Shown: positions 29,982 to 39,246, counted from the stretch's first letter. The stretch is DNA of 64,000 nucleotides from Acidobacteria bacterium RIFCSPLOWO2_02_FULL_67_21 (GCA_001767195.1 MEKU01000007.1:53488-117487), one strand, 5' to 3'. The notes: generated by a model not told the origin, from the letters alone. Translations and numbers: made by a program.

Positions 29982-30890
29982 ATGAAGCCGGTCCACATCA
30001 TCGGCGTGCCGCTCGATCTGGGCGCCGGCCGCCGCGGCGTCGACATGGGCCCCTCCGCCTTCAGGATTGCCGCCATCCGCAATCAGATCGCAGCGCTCGG
30101 CCGTCCGGTCGTCGACAAGGGGGACGTTCCGGCGCCGATTCCCGAGACCCATCGGCCGGCGGACGAGCGGAAGAAGTACATCCGCGAAATCGCCAAAGTC
30201 TGCCAGCGGCTTCACGAGGTGGTGCTCAGGTCGTTCGACGCCGGCGCGCTGCCGGTGGTGCTCGGCGGCGACCACAGCCTGGCGGCCGGCTCCGTGGCGG
30301 CCAGCGCCGCGTGGGTGCAGCGGTCGGCGGAGCGCCCCATCGGCGTCCTCTGGGTCGATGCCCACGGCGACATGAACACGCCCGAGACGACGACGAGCGG
30401 GAACGTGCATGGGATGCCGCTGGCCGCGCTCCTCGGCGGCGGGCCGGAGGAGCTCGCGGCGATCGGCGGCCGGACGAGCGCGCGGCCGGAGCACACGGTG
30501 CTCGTCGGCATCCGGAACCTGGACGAACAGGAAAAGGATCGGATCCGGGACGCCGGCGTCCATGTCTTCACGATGAAGGACATCGACCGCGACGGCATCG
30601 CCAGCGTGGCCGAGCGCGCCATCGCGCTCGCCTCCGCCGGCACGGGCGGCATCCACGTGTCGTTCGACATGGATGTCTGCGATCCGTCGATTGCGCCGGG
30701 CGTGGGCACGCCGGTCAAAGGCGGGCTGGACTACCGCGAGGCGCACATGGTGATGGAGCTGGTCGCCGACTCGCGGATGCTCGTGGCGCTCGACCTGGTG
30801 GAAGTCAACCCGACGCTCGACATCCGCAACACGACCGCGGAGTTTGCGACCGAGCTCGCGCTGTCGGCCTTGGGGAAACGAATCTTGTAG
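29982..30890 (+). CDS. rocF: Arginase
   Basis: GGDHS, WVDAHGDMNTPETTTSGNVHGMPL and SFDMDVCDP are ureohydrolase Mn-binding motifs of the arginase type. Start at internal ATG 29982. Confidence 0.85.
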   Translation: MKPVHIIGVPLDLGAGRRGVDMGPSAFRIAAIRNQIAALGRPVVDKGDVPAPIPETHRPADERKKYIREIAKVCQRLHEVVLRSFDAGALPVVLGGDHSLAAGSVAASAAWVQRSAERPIGVLWVDAHGDMNTPETTTSGNVHGMPLAALLGGGPEELAAIGGRTSARPEHTVLVGIRNLDEQEKDRIRDAGVHVFTMKDIDRDGIASVAERAIALASAGTGGIHVSFDMDVCDPSIAPGVGTPVKGGLDYREAHMVMELVADSRMLVALDLVEVNPTLDIRNTTAEFATELALSALGKRIL

Positions 30891-30892
30891 AC

Positions 30893-30931
30893 GTAGTGCC
30901 CGGCTTTAGCCGGGCTGAAGCCCGGCACTAC
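30893..30931. repeat. REP-like palindromic element, family A, copy 2 (inverted orientation)
   Basis: gtagtgcccggctttagccgggctgaagcccggcactac differs by 1 nt from the reverse complement of copy 1. Confidence 0.8.
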
Positions 30932-30943
30932 GTACACAATCAC

Positions 30944-32770
30944 CTACGATCCCAACATCGCCTCAATCTCGTCCATGATGCGGTTCATCGTCCGCATCGT
31001 GACATCGAGCGGCTCATCGCTCGTCATGTCGACCCCGGCTTCCCTGAGCAGATCGATCGGGTAGTTCGACCCTCCCGAACTGATGAACGCCAGATACCGG
31101 CGCGTCGTCTCGGTATCACCGGCGAGCACCCGCGCGGCCAGCATTTCCGCCGCCGTGAACGACGTGGCGTACTGGAACACGTAGAAGTCGCTGTAGAAGT
31201 GCGGGATGTAGCTCCATTCGTGGGCGACGTCCTCGTCCACGACGAGCACGCCCTGCTCCTGCCCGTAGTAGCGCCGGGTGATGTCGACATAGAGCGCTGC
31301 GAGCGCCTCGCCCGTAATCGGCTGCCCCTGGAACGCGGTCTCGTGCATCCGCAGCTCGAACTCCGCGAACTGCGTCTGCCGGAACACCGTCGCCTTGATG
31401 CTTTCGAGGTGGTTGCCGAGCAGCGACAGCCGGGTCGGGCCGTCGGTGATGGTCCTCAGCATGTAGTCGATCAGGAGCGCCTCGTTGAAGATCGACGCGA
31501 CCTCGGCCACGAAGATCGGGTAGTCGGCCGTCGCGTACGGCTGCGTCCGGTTCGAATAGTAGCTGTGCATCGTGTGCCCCAGCTCGTGCGCCAGCGTGCT
31601 GACGTCGTTGTACTGCCCGAGGTAGTTCAGCAGGATGTAGGGATGCACGTCGTACGCGGCGCCGTTGGAGTAGGCGCCCGATCGCTTGCCCTCCACCGGA
31701 TACCAGTCGAGCCAGCGCTCGGCGAACGCCCGGCGCAGCACCGACACGTACTCCGCGCCGAGCGGCGCCGACGCGGACGCGACGAGCTGCTGCGCCTCCT
31801 CGGGCGTGTAGCGGAGGTTCACCGACGCCACGAGCGGCGCGTAGAGGTCGTAGTAATGCAGGTCGCCCGCGATCCCCATCATCCGCCGGCGCAGGCGGAG
31901 ATAGCGATGGAAGGTCGGCAGGTTGCGGTTCACGCCGTCGATGAGGCGCGTGTACACGGACACCGGGATGTGCGGCCGATCCAGCGCCGCCTCGAGCGTC
32001 GACGCGTACTTCCGGGCCCGTGCATAGAACATCGACTTCTGCACGTTGGCGTTCATCGTCGTGCCGAACGTGCGGCCGAACGCGCCGAGCGCGCCGAAGA
32101 AGGCCGACATCGCCGCGCGCCGGTCTTCGCGCTGCGGGACCGTGCGCAGATCCGCGTAGCCGGCCTGGTCCACCTTGCGCGTGCGCCCGTCGCTCAGCGT
32201 GATGGCGGGGTACGGGAAGTCGGCATTGGCAAGAATGCCGTAGATGTTGCCGGCCGCGGCGGAGAGCGGCATGGCGTCGGCGAGCAGCTTCTCCTCGGCG
32301 TCCGAGAGCGTGTGCGCGGCGCGGCGCGCGATGTCGCGCAGCATGAACGCGTACACCTCCAACCGCGGCTCCGCCGCCAGAAACCGCTCGATTGTCGCGC
32401 TGCCCACGCGCAGGATCTCGGGCTGCGCGTACGAGGCCTCGGCGCTGAAATCCGCGTGAAGCTGCTGCATCTCCTGCTGCATGCCGAGCGGTCCGCTCAG
32501 GCGCGTGTCCTCATCCGACAGCATGCTCGCGTAGGTGTACAGGCGGGACAGGTCCCTGTCGAGGCGCATCATCAGGTCGAGCGCGTCGGCCAGTGTCTGG
32601 GCCGACGATCCGAGGCGGCCGGCGTAGGCCCGCAGCTTCGGCAGGTCGGCGGTCAACCGGGCCTTCTCGGCGCGCCAGGCCGCCGCGTCCGGATAGATCT
32701 CGGCGAGATTCCACCGGTATTTTTCGTCCACCCGCGCGCGATCGCGCTCCTGCGCCGCCAGTACGGTCAT
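30944..32770 (-). CDS. pepF: Oligoendopeptidase F (M3B)
   Basis: HELGHTMH zinc motif and PepF-like length and architecture. Confidence 0.9.
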   Translation of the reverse strand: MTVLAAQERDRARVDEKYRWNLAEIYPDAAAWRAEKARLTADLPKLRAYAGRLGSSAQTLADALDLMMRLDRDLSRLYTYASMLSDEDTRLSGPLGMQQEMQQLHADFSAEASYAQPEILRVGSATIERFLAAEPRLEVYAFMLRDIARRAAHTLSDAEEKLLADAMPLSAAAGNIYGILANADFPYPAITLSDGRTRKVDQAGYADLRTVPQREDRRAAMSAFFGALGAFGRTFGTTMNANVQKSMFYARARKYASTLEAALDRPHIPVSVYTRLIDGVNRNLPTFHRYLRLRRRMMGIAGDLHYYDLYAPLVASVNLRYTPEEAQQLVASASAPLGAEYVSVLRRAFAERWLDWYPVEGKRSGAYSNGAAYDVHPYILLNYLGQYNDVSTLAHELGHTMHSYYSNRTQPYATADYPIFVAEVASIFNEALLIDYMLRTITDGPTRLSLLGNHLESIKATVFRQTQFAEFELRMHETAFQGQPITGEALAALYVDITRRYYGQEQGVLVVDEDVAHEWSYIPHFYSDFYVFQYATSFTAAEMLAARVLAGDTETTRRYLAFISSGGSNYPIDLLREAGVDMTSDEPLDVTMRTMNRIMDEIEAMLGS

Positions 32771-32795
32771 GACCCCTAGTTTATGATGCCGTCAC

Positions 32796-33821
32796 ATGCG
32801 CCGTCTGCCGCTTCGCACCGACTGGGTCGACCTCGACGACGAGGCGCTGCTCGACGTCCGGATGGCCGACCTCCCGCTCGAGATCGAGGGGACGCTGGCG
32901 GCACGGCTGAATCAGCTGCGCAGCGAGCTCGACGCCGGCGGCATTGCGTTTCCCGTGCACTTCTACCTCTCGGACGAGTGGTTCACGCCTGATGGATCCA
33001 CGGCCGTGGCCGTGCCCTTCTATCTCGCGCACCCGCGGCTGGCCCGGCTCGAGGAGGCCCAGATGCTCGAAGTCGAAGGGGGAGAGCACGAGTGGTGCAT
33101 GCGGATTCTCCGCCATGAGTCCGGCCACGCCGTCGATCACGCGTACCGGCTGCGGCTCCGGCAGCAGCGGCGGCGCATCTTCGGCTCGCCGGCCAGGCCG
33201 TACCCGGAGTTCTACACGCCCAAGCCCTACAGCAAGCGATACGTGCTGCACCTCGACGCCTGGTACGCGCAGAGCCATCCGGACGAGGATTTCGCCGAGA
33301 CCTTTGCCGTGTGGCTCACGCCGACCAGCGAATGGCGCCAGCGGTACGCCGGGTGGCCCGCGCTGAAGAAGCTCGAGTACATGGACGCGCTGATGCGATC
33401 GATCCGCGGCAAGCCCCCGCGCGTGCTCAACGCGGCTGACGTGGACCCGCTGAGAAGGCTGCGCAAGACGTTGCGCCAGCACTATCGGAACAAGCGGCGT
33501 TATTACGGTCTCGATCATCCGGGCTTCTACGATCGCGACCTCCGGCGGCTGTTCTCCGAGTCGCCCGAGTATGCCGGCAACATCACCGCGGCCCAGTTCC
33601 TCTCCCGCATCCGGCGCCCGATGCGCAGGCTCGTCTCCGGCTGGACCGGGATTTATCAGTACACGATCGATCAGGTGCTCGAGGACATGATCGCCCGCAG
33701 CCGCGAGCTCCGGCTCCGCCTGGCCGTGCCGGAGGAGCAGGCGCGGCAGGAGTTTGCGGTGCTGCTGACGGTCCAGGCGATGAATTACCTCCACAGCGGC
33801 GGCCACAGGGTCTTTCTCTGA
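32796..33821 (+). CDS. Putative zinc-binding metallopeptidase (HExxH)
   Basis: ILRHESGHAVDH plus downstream HPDEDFAETFAVW. Resembles the 'putative zinc-binding metallo-peptidase' family. Confidence 0.55.
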   Translation: MRRLPLRTDWVDLDDEALLDVRMADLPLEIEGTLAARLNQLRSELDAGGIAFPVHFYLSDEWFTPDGSTAVAVPFYLAHPRLARLEEAQMLEVEGGEHEWCMRILRHESGHAVDHAYRLRLRQQRRRIFGSPARPYPEFYTPKPYSKRYVLHLDAWYAQSHPDEDFAETFAVWLTPTSEWRQRYAGWPALKKLEYMDALMRSIRGKPPRVLNAADVDPLRRLRKTLRQHYRNKRRYYGLDHPGFYDRDLRRLFSESPEYAGNITAAQFLSRIRRPMRRLVSGWTGIYQYTIDQVLEDMIARSRELRLRLAVPEEQARQEFAVLLTVQAMNYLHSGGHRVFL

Positions 33822-33841
33822 GGGGGCAAGGGAGCAAGGGG
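33821..33841 (+). repeat. G-rich repeat copy (GGGGGCAAGGGAGCAAGGGG)
   Basis: The same 20-mer occurs on the opposite strand at 39363-39382. Confidence 0.75.
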
Positions 33842-33845
33842 TTAG

Positions 33846-34865
33846 GTGAAGAAGCTGCGTATCTTGGCGCTGGTTCACGAGCATCTCGTGCCCCCCGCCG
33901 ACACGTCGGGGATCGATGTGCGCGAGGCCGAGTGGAAGATGGAGTACGACGTCATCGAGACGCTCAAGGAGATGGGGCACAGCCTGCGCGTGCTCGGCCT
34001 TCACGACGACCTCGGTGGCATCCGCGCGACCGTCGGGCTCTTCAAGCCGCACATTGTCTTCAACCTGATGGAAGCGTTCGCGGGGATTACGACGTACGAC
34101 CAGAACGTCGTGAGCTATCTCGAGCTGCTCCAGCTGCCGTACACCGGCTGCAACCCCCGCGGCCTCATCCTTGCGCGCGACAAGGCGCTCTCGAAGAAGC
34201 TGCTCGCCTATCACCGCATCGCCGTCCCCGACTTCACCGTCGTCCGGCACGGCCGCCGCGCGCGGCTCTCGAAGCGGATGCGCTTTCCGCTGATTGTGAA
34301 GTCGCTCTTCTTCGAAGCGTCGGCCGGCATCTCGCAGGCCTCGGTCGTGGAGAACGAGGACCAGCTGGAGCGCCGCGTCCAGTTCATCCACGACAGCCTC
34401 GGCACCGCCGCCATCGTCGAGCAGTTCGTCGACGGCCGCGAGCTGTACGTTGGCGTCCTCGGCAACGAACGGCTCGAGGTCTTTCCGGTGTGGGAGATGT
34501 CGTTCGACCAGATGCCGGAGAACCGGTGGCGAATCGCCACCGAGCGCGTCAAGTGGAGCACGAAATACCAGAAACGCCACGGCATCATGACCGATGCCGC
34601 CGCGCTCCCCCACGACGTCGCGGACCGCATCCAGCGCATCGCCAGGCGCACGTACAGGGCGCTCGATTTGAGCGGGTACGCCCGCATCGACCTCCGCATG
34701 AACGAGGACGGCCGCGTGTTCGTGCTCGAGGCCAACCCGAATCCGAACCTCGCCTACGGTGAAGATTTTGCGGAGTCGGCCGAGGTCAGGGGCGTCTCCT
34801 ACGAGCGGCTGCTCGAACGCATCCTTGCGCTGGGCCTCCGCTGGGAACCTGCCAGAACCGGATAA
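33846..34865 (+). CDS. ATP-grasp protein of the D-alanine--D-alanine ligase family
   Basis: ATP-grasp fold motifs (FPLIVKS, VEQFVDGRELYVGVLG, ARIDLRMNEDGRVFVLEANPNP). GTG start. Confidence 0.75.
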   Translation: MKKLRILALVHEHLVPPADTSGIDVREAEWKMEYDVIETLKEMGHSLRVLGLHDDLGGIRATVGLFKPHIVFNLMEAFAGITTYDQNVVSYLELLQLPYTGCNPRGLILARDKALSKKLLAYHRIAVPDFTVVRHGRRARLSKRMRFPLIVKSLFFEASAGISQASVVENEDQLERRVQFIHDSLGTAAIVEQFVDGRELYVGVLGNERLEVFPVWEMSFDQMPENRWRIATERVKWSTKYQKRHGIMTDAAALPHDVADRIQRIARRTYRALDLSGYARIDLRMNEDGRVFVLEANPNPNLAYGEDFAESAEVRGVSYERLLERILALGLRWEPARTG

Positions 34866-34949
34866 CCACGAAGTTCACGAAGACCGCGAAGGCCACGAAG
34901 CCCCGATTGATTCTTTCGTGTTCTTCGAGACCTTCGTGCCTTCGTGGTT
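34864..34949. repeat. Long imperfect hairpin built of CACGAAG units and their complement; terminator-like
   Basis: aaccacgaagttcacgaagaccgcgaaggccacgaag ...loop... ctttcgtgttcttcgagaccttcgtgccttcgtggtt. Confidence 0.55.
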
Positions 34950-35011
34950 CTGAGGTTTTGAGGCATAATTCCGGGCCTCGGTGCTCATATTCACTGCGCA
35001 GGAGGAAGACG

Positions 35012-35848
35012 ATGATCCGGTTGTGTTGGAGCCGCGCGGGAGCGGCAATCGGCCTGCTGATGCTGCTGGCGGCCCCGGGGGCCGCGCAGGCGCCGGCCCA
35101 GGCAGACGAGTTCGTCCCGCAGGTCGGCCAGGCGGGCAAGGACGTGGTCTGGGTGCCGACACCGCCCGAACTGGTCGAGGCGATGCTCGACCTCGCCAAG
35201 GTCACGCCGCAGGACTACGTGATGGACCTCGGCTCCGGCGACGGCCGCAACGTCATTGCGGCGGCCAGGCGCGGCGCGCGGGCGCTCGGCGTCGAGTTCA
35301 ACCCGAAGATGGTGGCGCTCTCGCTGCGCAACGCGGCCGCGGCCGGCGTCGCCGCGCGGGCGACGTTCGTCGAGGGCGACATGTACAAGGCCGACATCTC
35401 GCAGGCCTCGGTGATGGCGCTCTTTCTGCTGCCGAGCAACATGCTCGAGCTGCGGTCGAGGTTCCTCGACCTGAAGCCGGGGAGCCGCATCGTGGCGAAC
35501 ACCTTCGGGATCGAAGGCTGGACGCCCGACGAAACCGTCAGCATCTCGGACAAGGGCTGCTCGGCCTGGTGCACGGCCCTGCTCTGGATCGTGCCCGCGA
35601 GGGTGGCAGGCAACTGGCGTCTCGGCAACCAGCCGCTCGTGCTCAGCCAGGAATACCAGATGGTCAGCGGGATGCTCGACGGCGCGCCGATTGCCGACGG
35701 CAAGCTGCGCGGCGATCGGATCCGCTTCACCGTGGGGACGACCGAATACACCGGGCGCGTCAGCGGCAATCGCATGGAAGGCACCGCACGGGCCGCCGGC
35801 ACGGGCACCCCGTGGACGGCCACGCGCGGCAATCTGGACGCGAGATGA
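35012..35848 (+). CDS. Class I SAM-dependent methyltransferase with an N-terminal signal peptide
   Basis: GGAGGA SD before ATG 35012. Signal MIRLCWSRAGAAIGLLMLLAAPGAAQA. MTase motif VMDLGSGDGRNV...ALGVEFNP...FVEGDM. Confidence 0.65.
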   Translation: MIRLCWSRAGAAIGLLMLLAAPGAAQAPAQADEFVPQVGQAGKDVVWVPTPPELVEAMLDLAKVTPQDYVMDLGSGDGRNVIAAARRGARALGVEFNPKMVALSLRNAAAAGVAARATFVEGDMYKADISQASVMALFLLPSNMLELRSRFLDLKPGSRIVANTFGIEGWTPDETVSISDKGCSAWCTALLWIVPARVAGNWRLGNQPLVLSQEYQMVSGMLDGAPIADGKLRGDRIRFTVGTTEYTGRVSGNRMEGTARAAGTGTPWTATRGNLDAR

Positions 35849-35850
35849 GC

Positions 35851-35919
35851 AGGCGGGGCTGCAGCCCCGCCTCGACGACGGCAGGTTGTACTCGTAGAGG
35901 CGGACCTTCAGGTCCGCCT
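35851..35919. repeat. Family-B double hairpin, copy 1
   Basis: aggcggggctgcagccccgcct (35851-35872) and aggcggaccttcaggtccgcct (35898-35919). The same pair occurs at 47353-47431. Confidence 0.75.
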
Positions 35920-36112
35920 ATCCTTGAGTTTCGTCTTCGTTGGCGCCCAGCACGTCCTCGGCGTAGGTCGCCCTCCATGCAGTCGCAATGCCAGAGCCCG
36001 CCCGGGCTCCCTGGCTCCTTCGGCGCGGCTATTCTACCGCTTGTCCCTCCCCAACGCGGGTGGTAGGCTTCCCCACCATCACGCCCTCCGGACGCCGCAG
36101 AGGAGAGATCGC

Positions 36113-37222
36113 ATGCGCGCTCGACTGCTCGTCACGATCGCCGTTCTGGCGGCGGCCGGCACGCTGCCGGCCGCGCAGGGACGCACGACGCTCGACATCT
36201 ACGTCGTCGACGTGGAAGGGGGGAACGCCACCCTGTTCGTCACGCCGGCCGGCGAGTCGGTGCTGATTGACGCCGGCAACGGCGGCCCTGCCGCCGCCCG
36301 CGACGCGGGACGCATTCTGGATGCCGCCCGCGACGCCGGGCTGACCCGGATCGACCATCACATCACCACGCACTGGCATGGCGATCACTTCGGCGCCCTC
36401 GAAGCGCTCGCCAGGCAGATCCCAATCGGCGCCTACTACGATCACGGGCCGACGATCCAGCCACAGCCGGCATCGACCGAGTTTCTCGACACGGTCTACC
36501 CGGCGCTCGTGGCCAGGGCCAGGCGCGTCATCGTCAAACCGGGCGATCGCCTGCCCCTCAAGGGGGTTGAGTGGCGTGTCGTGACATCGGGCGGGCAGGT
36601 GATCCCGTCGAACCTGCCCGGCGGTGGAGCCTCGAATCCCTACTGCGCGGCGTTCACACCGCAGGCGGTCGATACGAGCGAGAACGCGCAGTCGGTCGGA
36701 AGCCATGTCATGTTCGGGAAGTTCCGGGCGGTCCATCCGGGCGACCTGACGTGGAACAAGGAAGCCGAGCTCATGTGTCCGGCCAACCGGCTCGGAACCG
36801 CCGACCTGCTGATTGTCGGCCATCACGGCCAGGCGGTCTCGAACTCCGAGGTGCTCGTCCACGCGCTGCAGCCGCGCGTATCGATCATCAACAACGGAAC
36901 GCGCAAGGGCGGGCAGCCCGACGCGATGCGCATCATCCTCAATTCCCCCGGCCTCGAGGACGTCTGGCAGGCGCACTTCTCGCTCCTCAGCGGCCAGGAG
37001 TACACCGTGCCGGGGCTGTTCATCGCCAACCCCTTCGACGAACAGCCGGACGCGCTGCCGATCGGCGCGTGGACGCCGCCGCCCCAGGGGCAGCAGCCGC
37101 CGGCGCCACCGGTGCACAACGGGAAGGCGTTCTGGTTCAAGGTCCGCGCGCAGGCCGACGGCACGTTTACGGTCACCAACGCGCGCAACGGGTTCACCAG
37201 GACGTATCGGGCGGGGATGTAG
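36113..37222 (+). CDS. MBL-fold metallo-hydrolase (ComEC/Rec2-related lactamase_B type), secreted
   Basis: AGGAGA SD, a signal peptide and the THWHGDH motif. Confidence 0.7.
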   Translation: MRARLLVTIAVLAAAGTLPAAQGRTTLDIYVVDVEGGNATLFVTPAGESVLIDAGNGGPAAARDAGRILDAARDAGLTRIDHHITTHWHGDHFGALEALARQIPIGAYYDHGPTIQPQPASTEFLDTVYPALVARARRVIVKPGDRLPLKGVEWRVVTSGGQVIPSNLPGGGASNPYCAAFTPQAVDTSENAQSVGSHVMFGKFRAVHPGDLTWNKEAELMCPANRLGTADLLIVGHHGQAVSNSEVLVHALQPRVSIINNGTRKGGQPDAMRIILNSPGLEDVWQAHFSLLSGQEYTVPGLFIANPFDEQPDALPIGAWTPPPQGQQPPAPPVHNGKAFWFKVRAQADGTFTVTNARNGFTRTYRAGM

Positions 37223-37225
37223 GAC

Positions 37226-37246
37226 GAGGGGCAAGGGGGCAAGGGA
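37226..37246 (+). repeat. G-rich repeat copy (GAGGGGCAAGGGGGCAAGGGA)
   Basis: Direct reading, immediately after the stop of the upstream gene. Confidence 0.7.
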
Positions 37247-37272
37247 ATCGTGTCCGCATGAAGGAGGACGAG

Positions 37273-38328
37273 ATGAGCAGGACTCTTGGTGCGCTGCTGG
37301 CGATCGCCGCCGTCGTGCTCGGTGCGTCGATCGGCGCACAGCAGCCGCAACAGCCGCAGCGGCCGCCACAGGCCGCAGCCGCGCCGCCGGCGCCGATTCC
37401 GGCCGGCCTGCCGGAGTGGGCGTACGCACCCCCGGTGCCGGGCGCCCCGCCGCCCACGTCGGCGCTGCCGGCCGACGACAGCGTCGTGTTGAAGATTCCC
37501 GGCAGCCTCGTCGCGCTCACCCGCGGGCAGGTCCGCGGCCTGCTCGAGATCCCCGACTGGTTTCCAAACGAGCACGGCCCGATGCCCACGATCGTCCGAT
37601 ACGGCCGCAGCACCGAAGACGCGCGGGCCTGCGGGTTCTGCCACCTCGCAGACGGCGGCGGCCGTCCTGAGAACGCTCCCGTGAGCGGGCTGCACCCGGC
37701 CTACTTCCTCCAGCAGATGGAGGACTTCAAGAACGGGCTTCGACGCAGCGCGGACCCTCGGAAGGCCAACACGAACAACATGATCCGGTTTGCCACCAAC
37801 CTCAGGCCGGACGAGGCACGGTCGGCCGCCGAGTATTTCGCGCAGCAGCCGCACCCCAGGCAGATCACCGTCATCGAGCGCACTGAGGTCCCGAAGACGC
37901 GCCTCCAGGGCGGCATGCACATGGCCATACAGGGTGAAGGCGCCGGCACCGAACCGATCGGCGAGCGGATCGTCGAAGTGCCGGATGACGCGTTCAGGGC
38001 GGAAGCGCGGGATACCCACATCAGCTACACCGCGTATGTTCCCGCCGGCAGCCTGGCCGCCGGCAGAGCCCTCGTCGAGAAATACAGCTGCGCCGTGTGC
38101 CACGGGCGGGCGCTCGAAGGCAACGGCCCGATCCCGCCGATCGCGGGACGCTCCCCGAGCTACACGATGCGCCAGTTGTTCGACATGAAGGCCGGCACGC
38201 GCAAGGGGCCCTGGTCCGAGGTGATGAAGCCGGTCGTCCAGGCGATGTCGGTGAAGGATCTGATGAACGTCTCGGCTTATGCGGCGTCGCTCGATCCCGG
38301 CGGCAGAGGCGCCGCGGGCACTCGCTGA
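37273..38328 (+). CDS. Dihaem c-type cytochrome, secreted
   Basis: AAGGAGGA SD, a signal peptide and two CxxCH motifs (CGFCH, CAVCH). Confidence 0.75.
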   Translation: MSRTLGALLAIAAVVLGASIGAQQPQQPQRPPQAAAAPPAPIPAGLPEWAYAPPVPGAPPPTSALPADDSVVLKIPGSLVALTRGQVRGLLEIPDWFPNEHGPMPTIVRYGRSTEDARACGFCHLADGGGRPENAPVSGLHPAYFLQQMEDFKNGLRRSADPRKANTNNMIRFATNLRPDEARSAAEYFAQQPHPRQITVIERTEVPKTRLQGGMHMAIQGEGAGTEPIGERIVEVPDDAFRAEARDTHISYTAYVPAGSLAAGRALVEKYSCAVCHGRALEGNGPIPPIAGRSPSYTMRQLFDMKAGTRKGPWSEVMKPVVQAMSVKDLMNVSAYAASLDPGGRGAAGTR

Positions 38329-38341
38329 GCTGACGCCCGAA

Positions 38342-38397
38342 GGGGGTCGTCAGGGGGCCAGGGATTAGGGTCGCTTGCCCCCTGACCCCTCGCCCCC
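38342..38397. repeat. G-rich/C-rich inverted repeat hairpin between convergent genes
   Basis: gggggtcgtcagggggc ...18 nt... gccccctgacccctcgccccc. Confidence 0.6.
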
Positions 38398-38406
38398 TAC
38401 TCTGCT

Positions 38407-39246
38407 CTACTTCGCAGCTTCCCCTTCGAACGGCAAATCGAACGAGACGTGCACGGCCTTGTTGCCCTCGCACACCGCGCTCTCCCACTGCTCCTGCGGC
38501 TTGTTCCGGCGAATCGCCATCGCAAGCTTCCACGGCCGTGCGTACACCTTCGGGTCCTCGATCGTGGCGACATAGTCGATCTGATCCGGCTGAGCGAACG
38601 TATACCGCTCGGTCACGCGCAGGGCGTCGCTGTGAAAACTGCCGACGATGTCGAACCAGGTCTCGGCGTTGTTGTTGGTGACCTCGACGACCAGCGTATT
38701 GCCCTCCCAGCGGCCGCGTGAGTAGCCCATCCACAGCTTGAGCGATTCGCTCGGCACGGGCTGGCCGTCCAGGTGGATGACGCGGTAATGGTGGCCGTAC
38801 TCCCAGAGCTGCACGATGTAGCCCGGCTTCTGGACGATCCGCATCCCGGACTGATAGAGGATGCGCGGCATCCCCTGCATGAAGCAGCGCACCACCGGGT
38901 CGAGATTCTCCAGTTTCTGCGGAGCCCGGTGCTCCTGATTGAGGTACTTCGCGCGCTCCAGCGTCGCCGGGGCGTACGGAATCATGCCGTCCGGAGGGTC
39001 GACGATCGGACGGCCGAACTGGGTCGCCTGACCGCCGAGCCGCGTGTGCTCTTCCCGGTCGATGGCGCCCGCCTGAATGCTGTAGGTCGTGATGTCGCTC
39101 TGCTCGCTCCAGAAGCCTTCGATGTTCGGCTGGCCGTCCGCCGTCCGCGGCGGGCTCCACGGAGCGGCCGTCTGGGCGAACGCACGCGGGGTGAGGACGA
39201 ACGACACGGCTACGAGTACAACGCTGAATCCAAGGAAACGTTTCAC
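38407..39246 (-). CDS. Secreted hypothetical protein, paralog 1 of a 3-member family
   Basis: AGGAG SD before a GTG start, and a signal peptide. Long identity blocks with 39913-40758 (TTYSIQAGAIDREEHTR, SRGRWEGNTLVV, WFDIVGSFHSDA, IDYVATIEDPKVY, AVCEGNKAVHV). Confidence 0.7.
   Translation of the reverse strand: MKRFLGFSVVLVAVSFVLTPRAFAQTAAPWSPPRTADGQPNIEGFWSEQSDITTYSIQAGAIDREEHTRLGGQATQFGRPIVDPPDGMIPYAPATLERAKYLNQEHRAPQKLENLDPVVRCFMQGMPRILYQSGMRIVQKPGYIVQLWEYGHHYRVIHLDGQPVPSESLKLWMGYSRGRWEGNTLVVEVTNNNAETWFDIVGSFHSDALRVTERYTFAQPDQIDYVATIEDPKVYARPWKLAMAIRRNKPQEQWESAVCEGNKAVHVSFDLPFEGEAAK

Noticed and set aside
30311-32779. An 822-aa plus-strand ORF. Similar long ORFs occur at 26895..29042(-), 13768..15681(-), 32781..34613(-), 1135..2931(-), 29160..30746(-) and 4596..6068(+)
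   Set aside because: All are antisense to genes with clear family signatures (pepF, hemE/hemY, mnmA, the Zn-peptidase/ATP-grasp pair, the sugar transferase, arginase, the TPR protein). All show Arg/Gly/Ala/Pro-rich artefactual composition.
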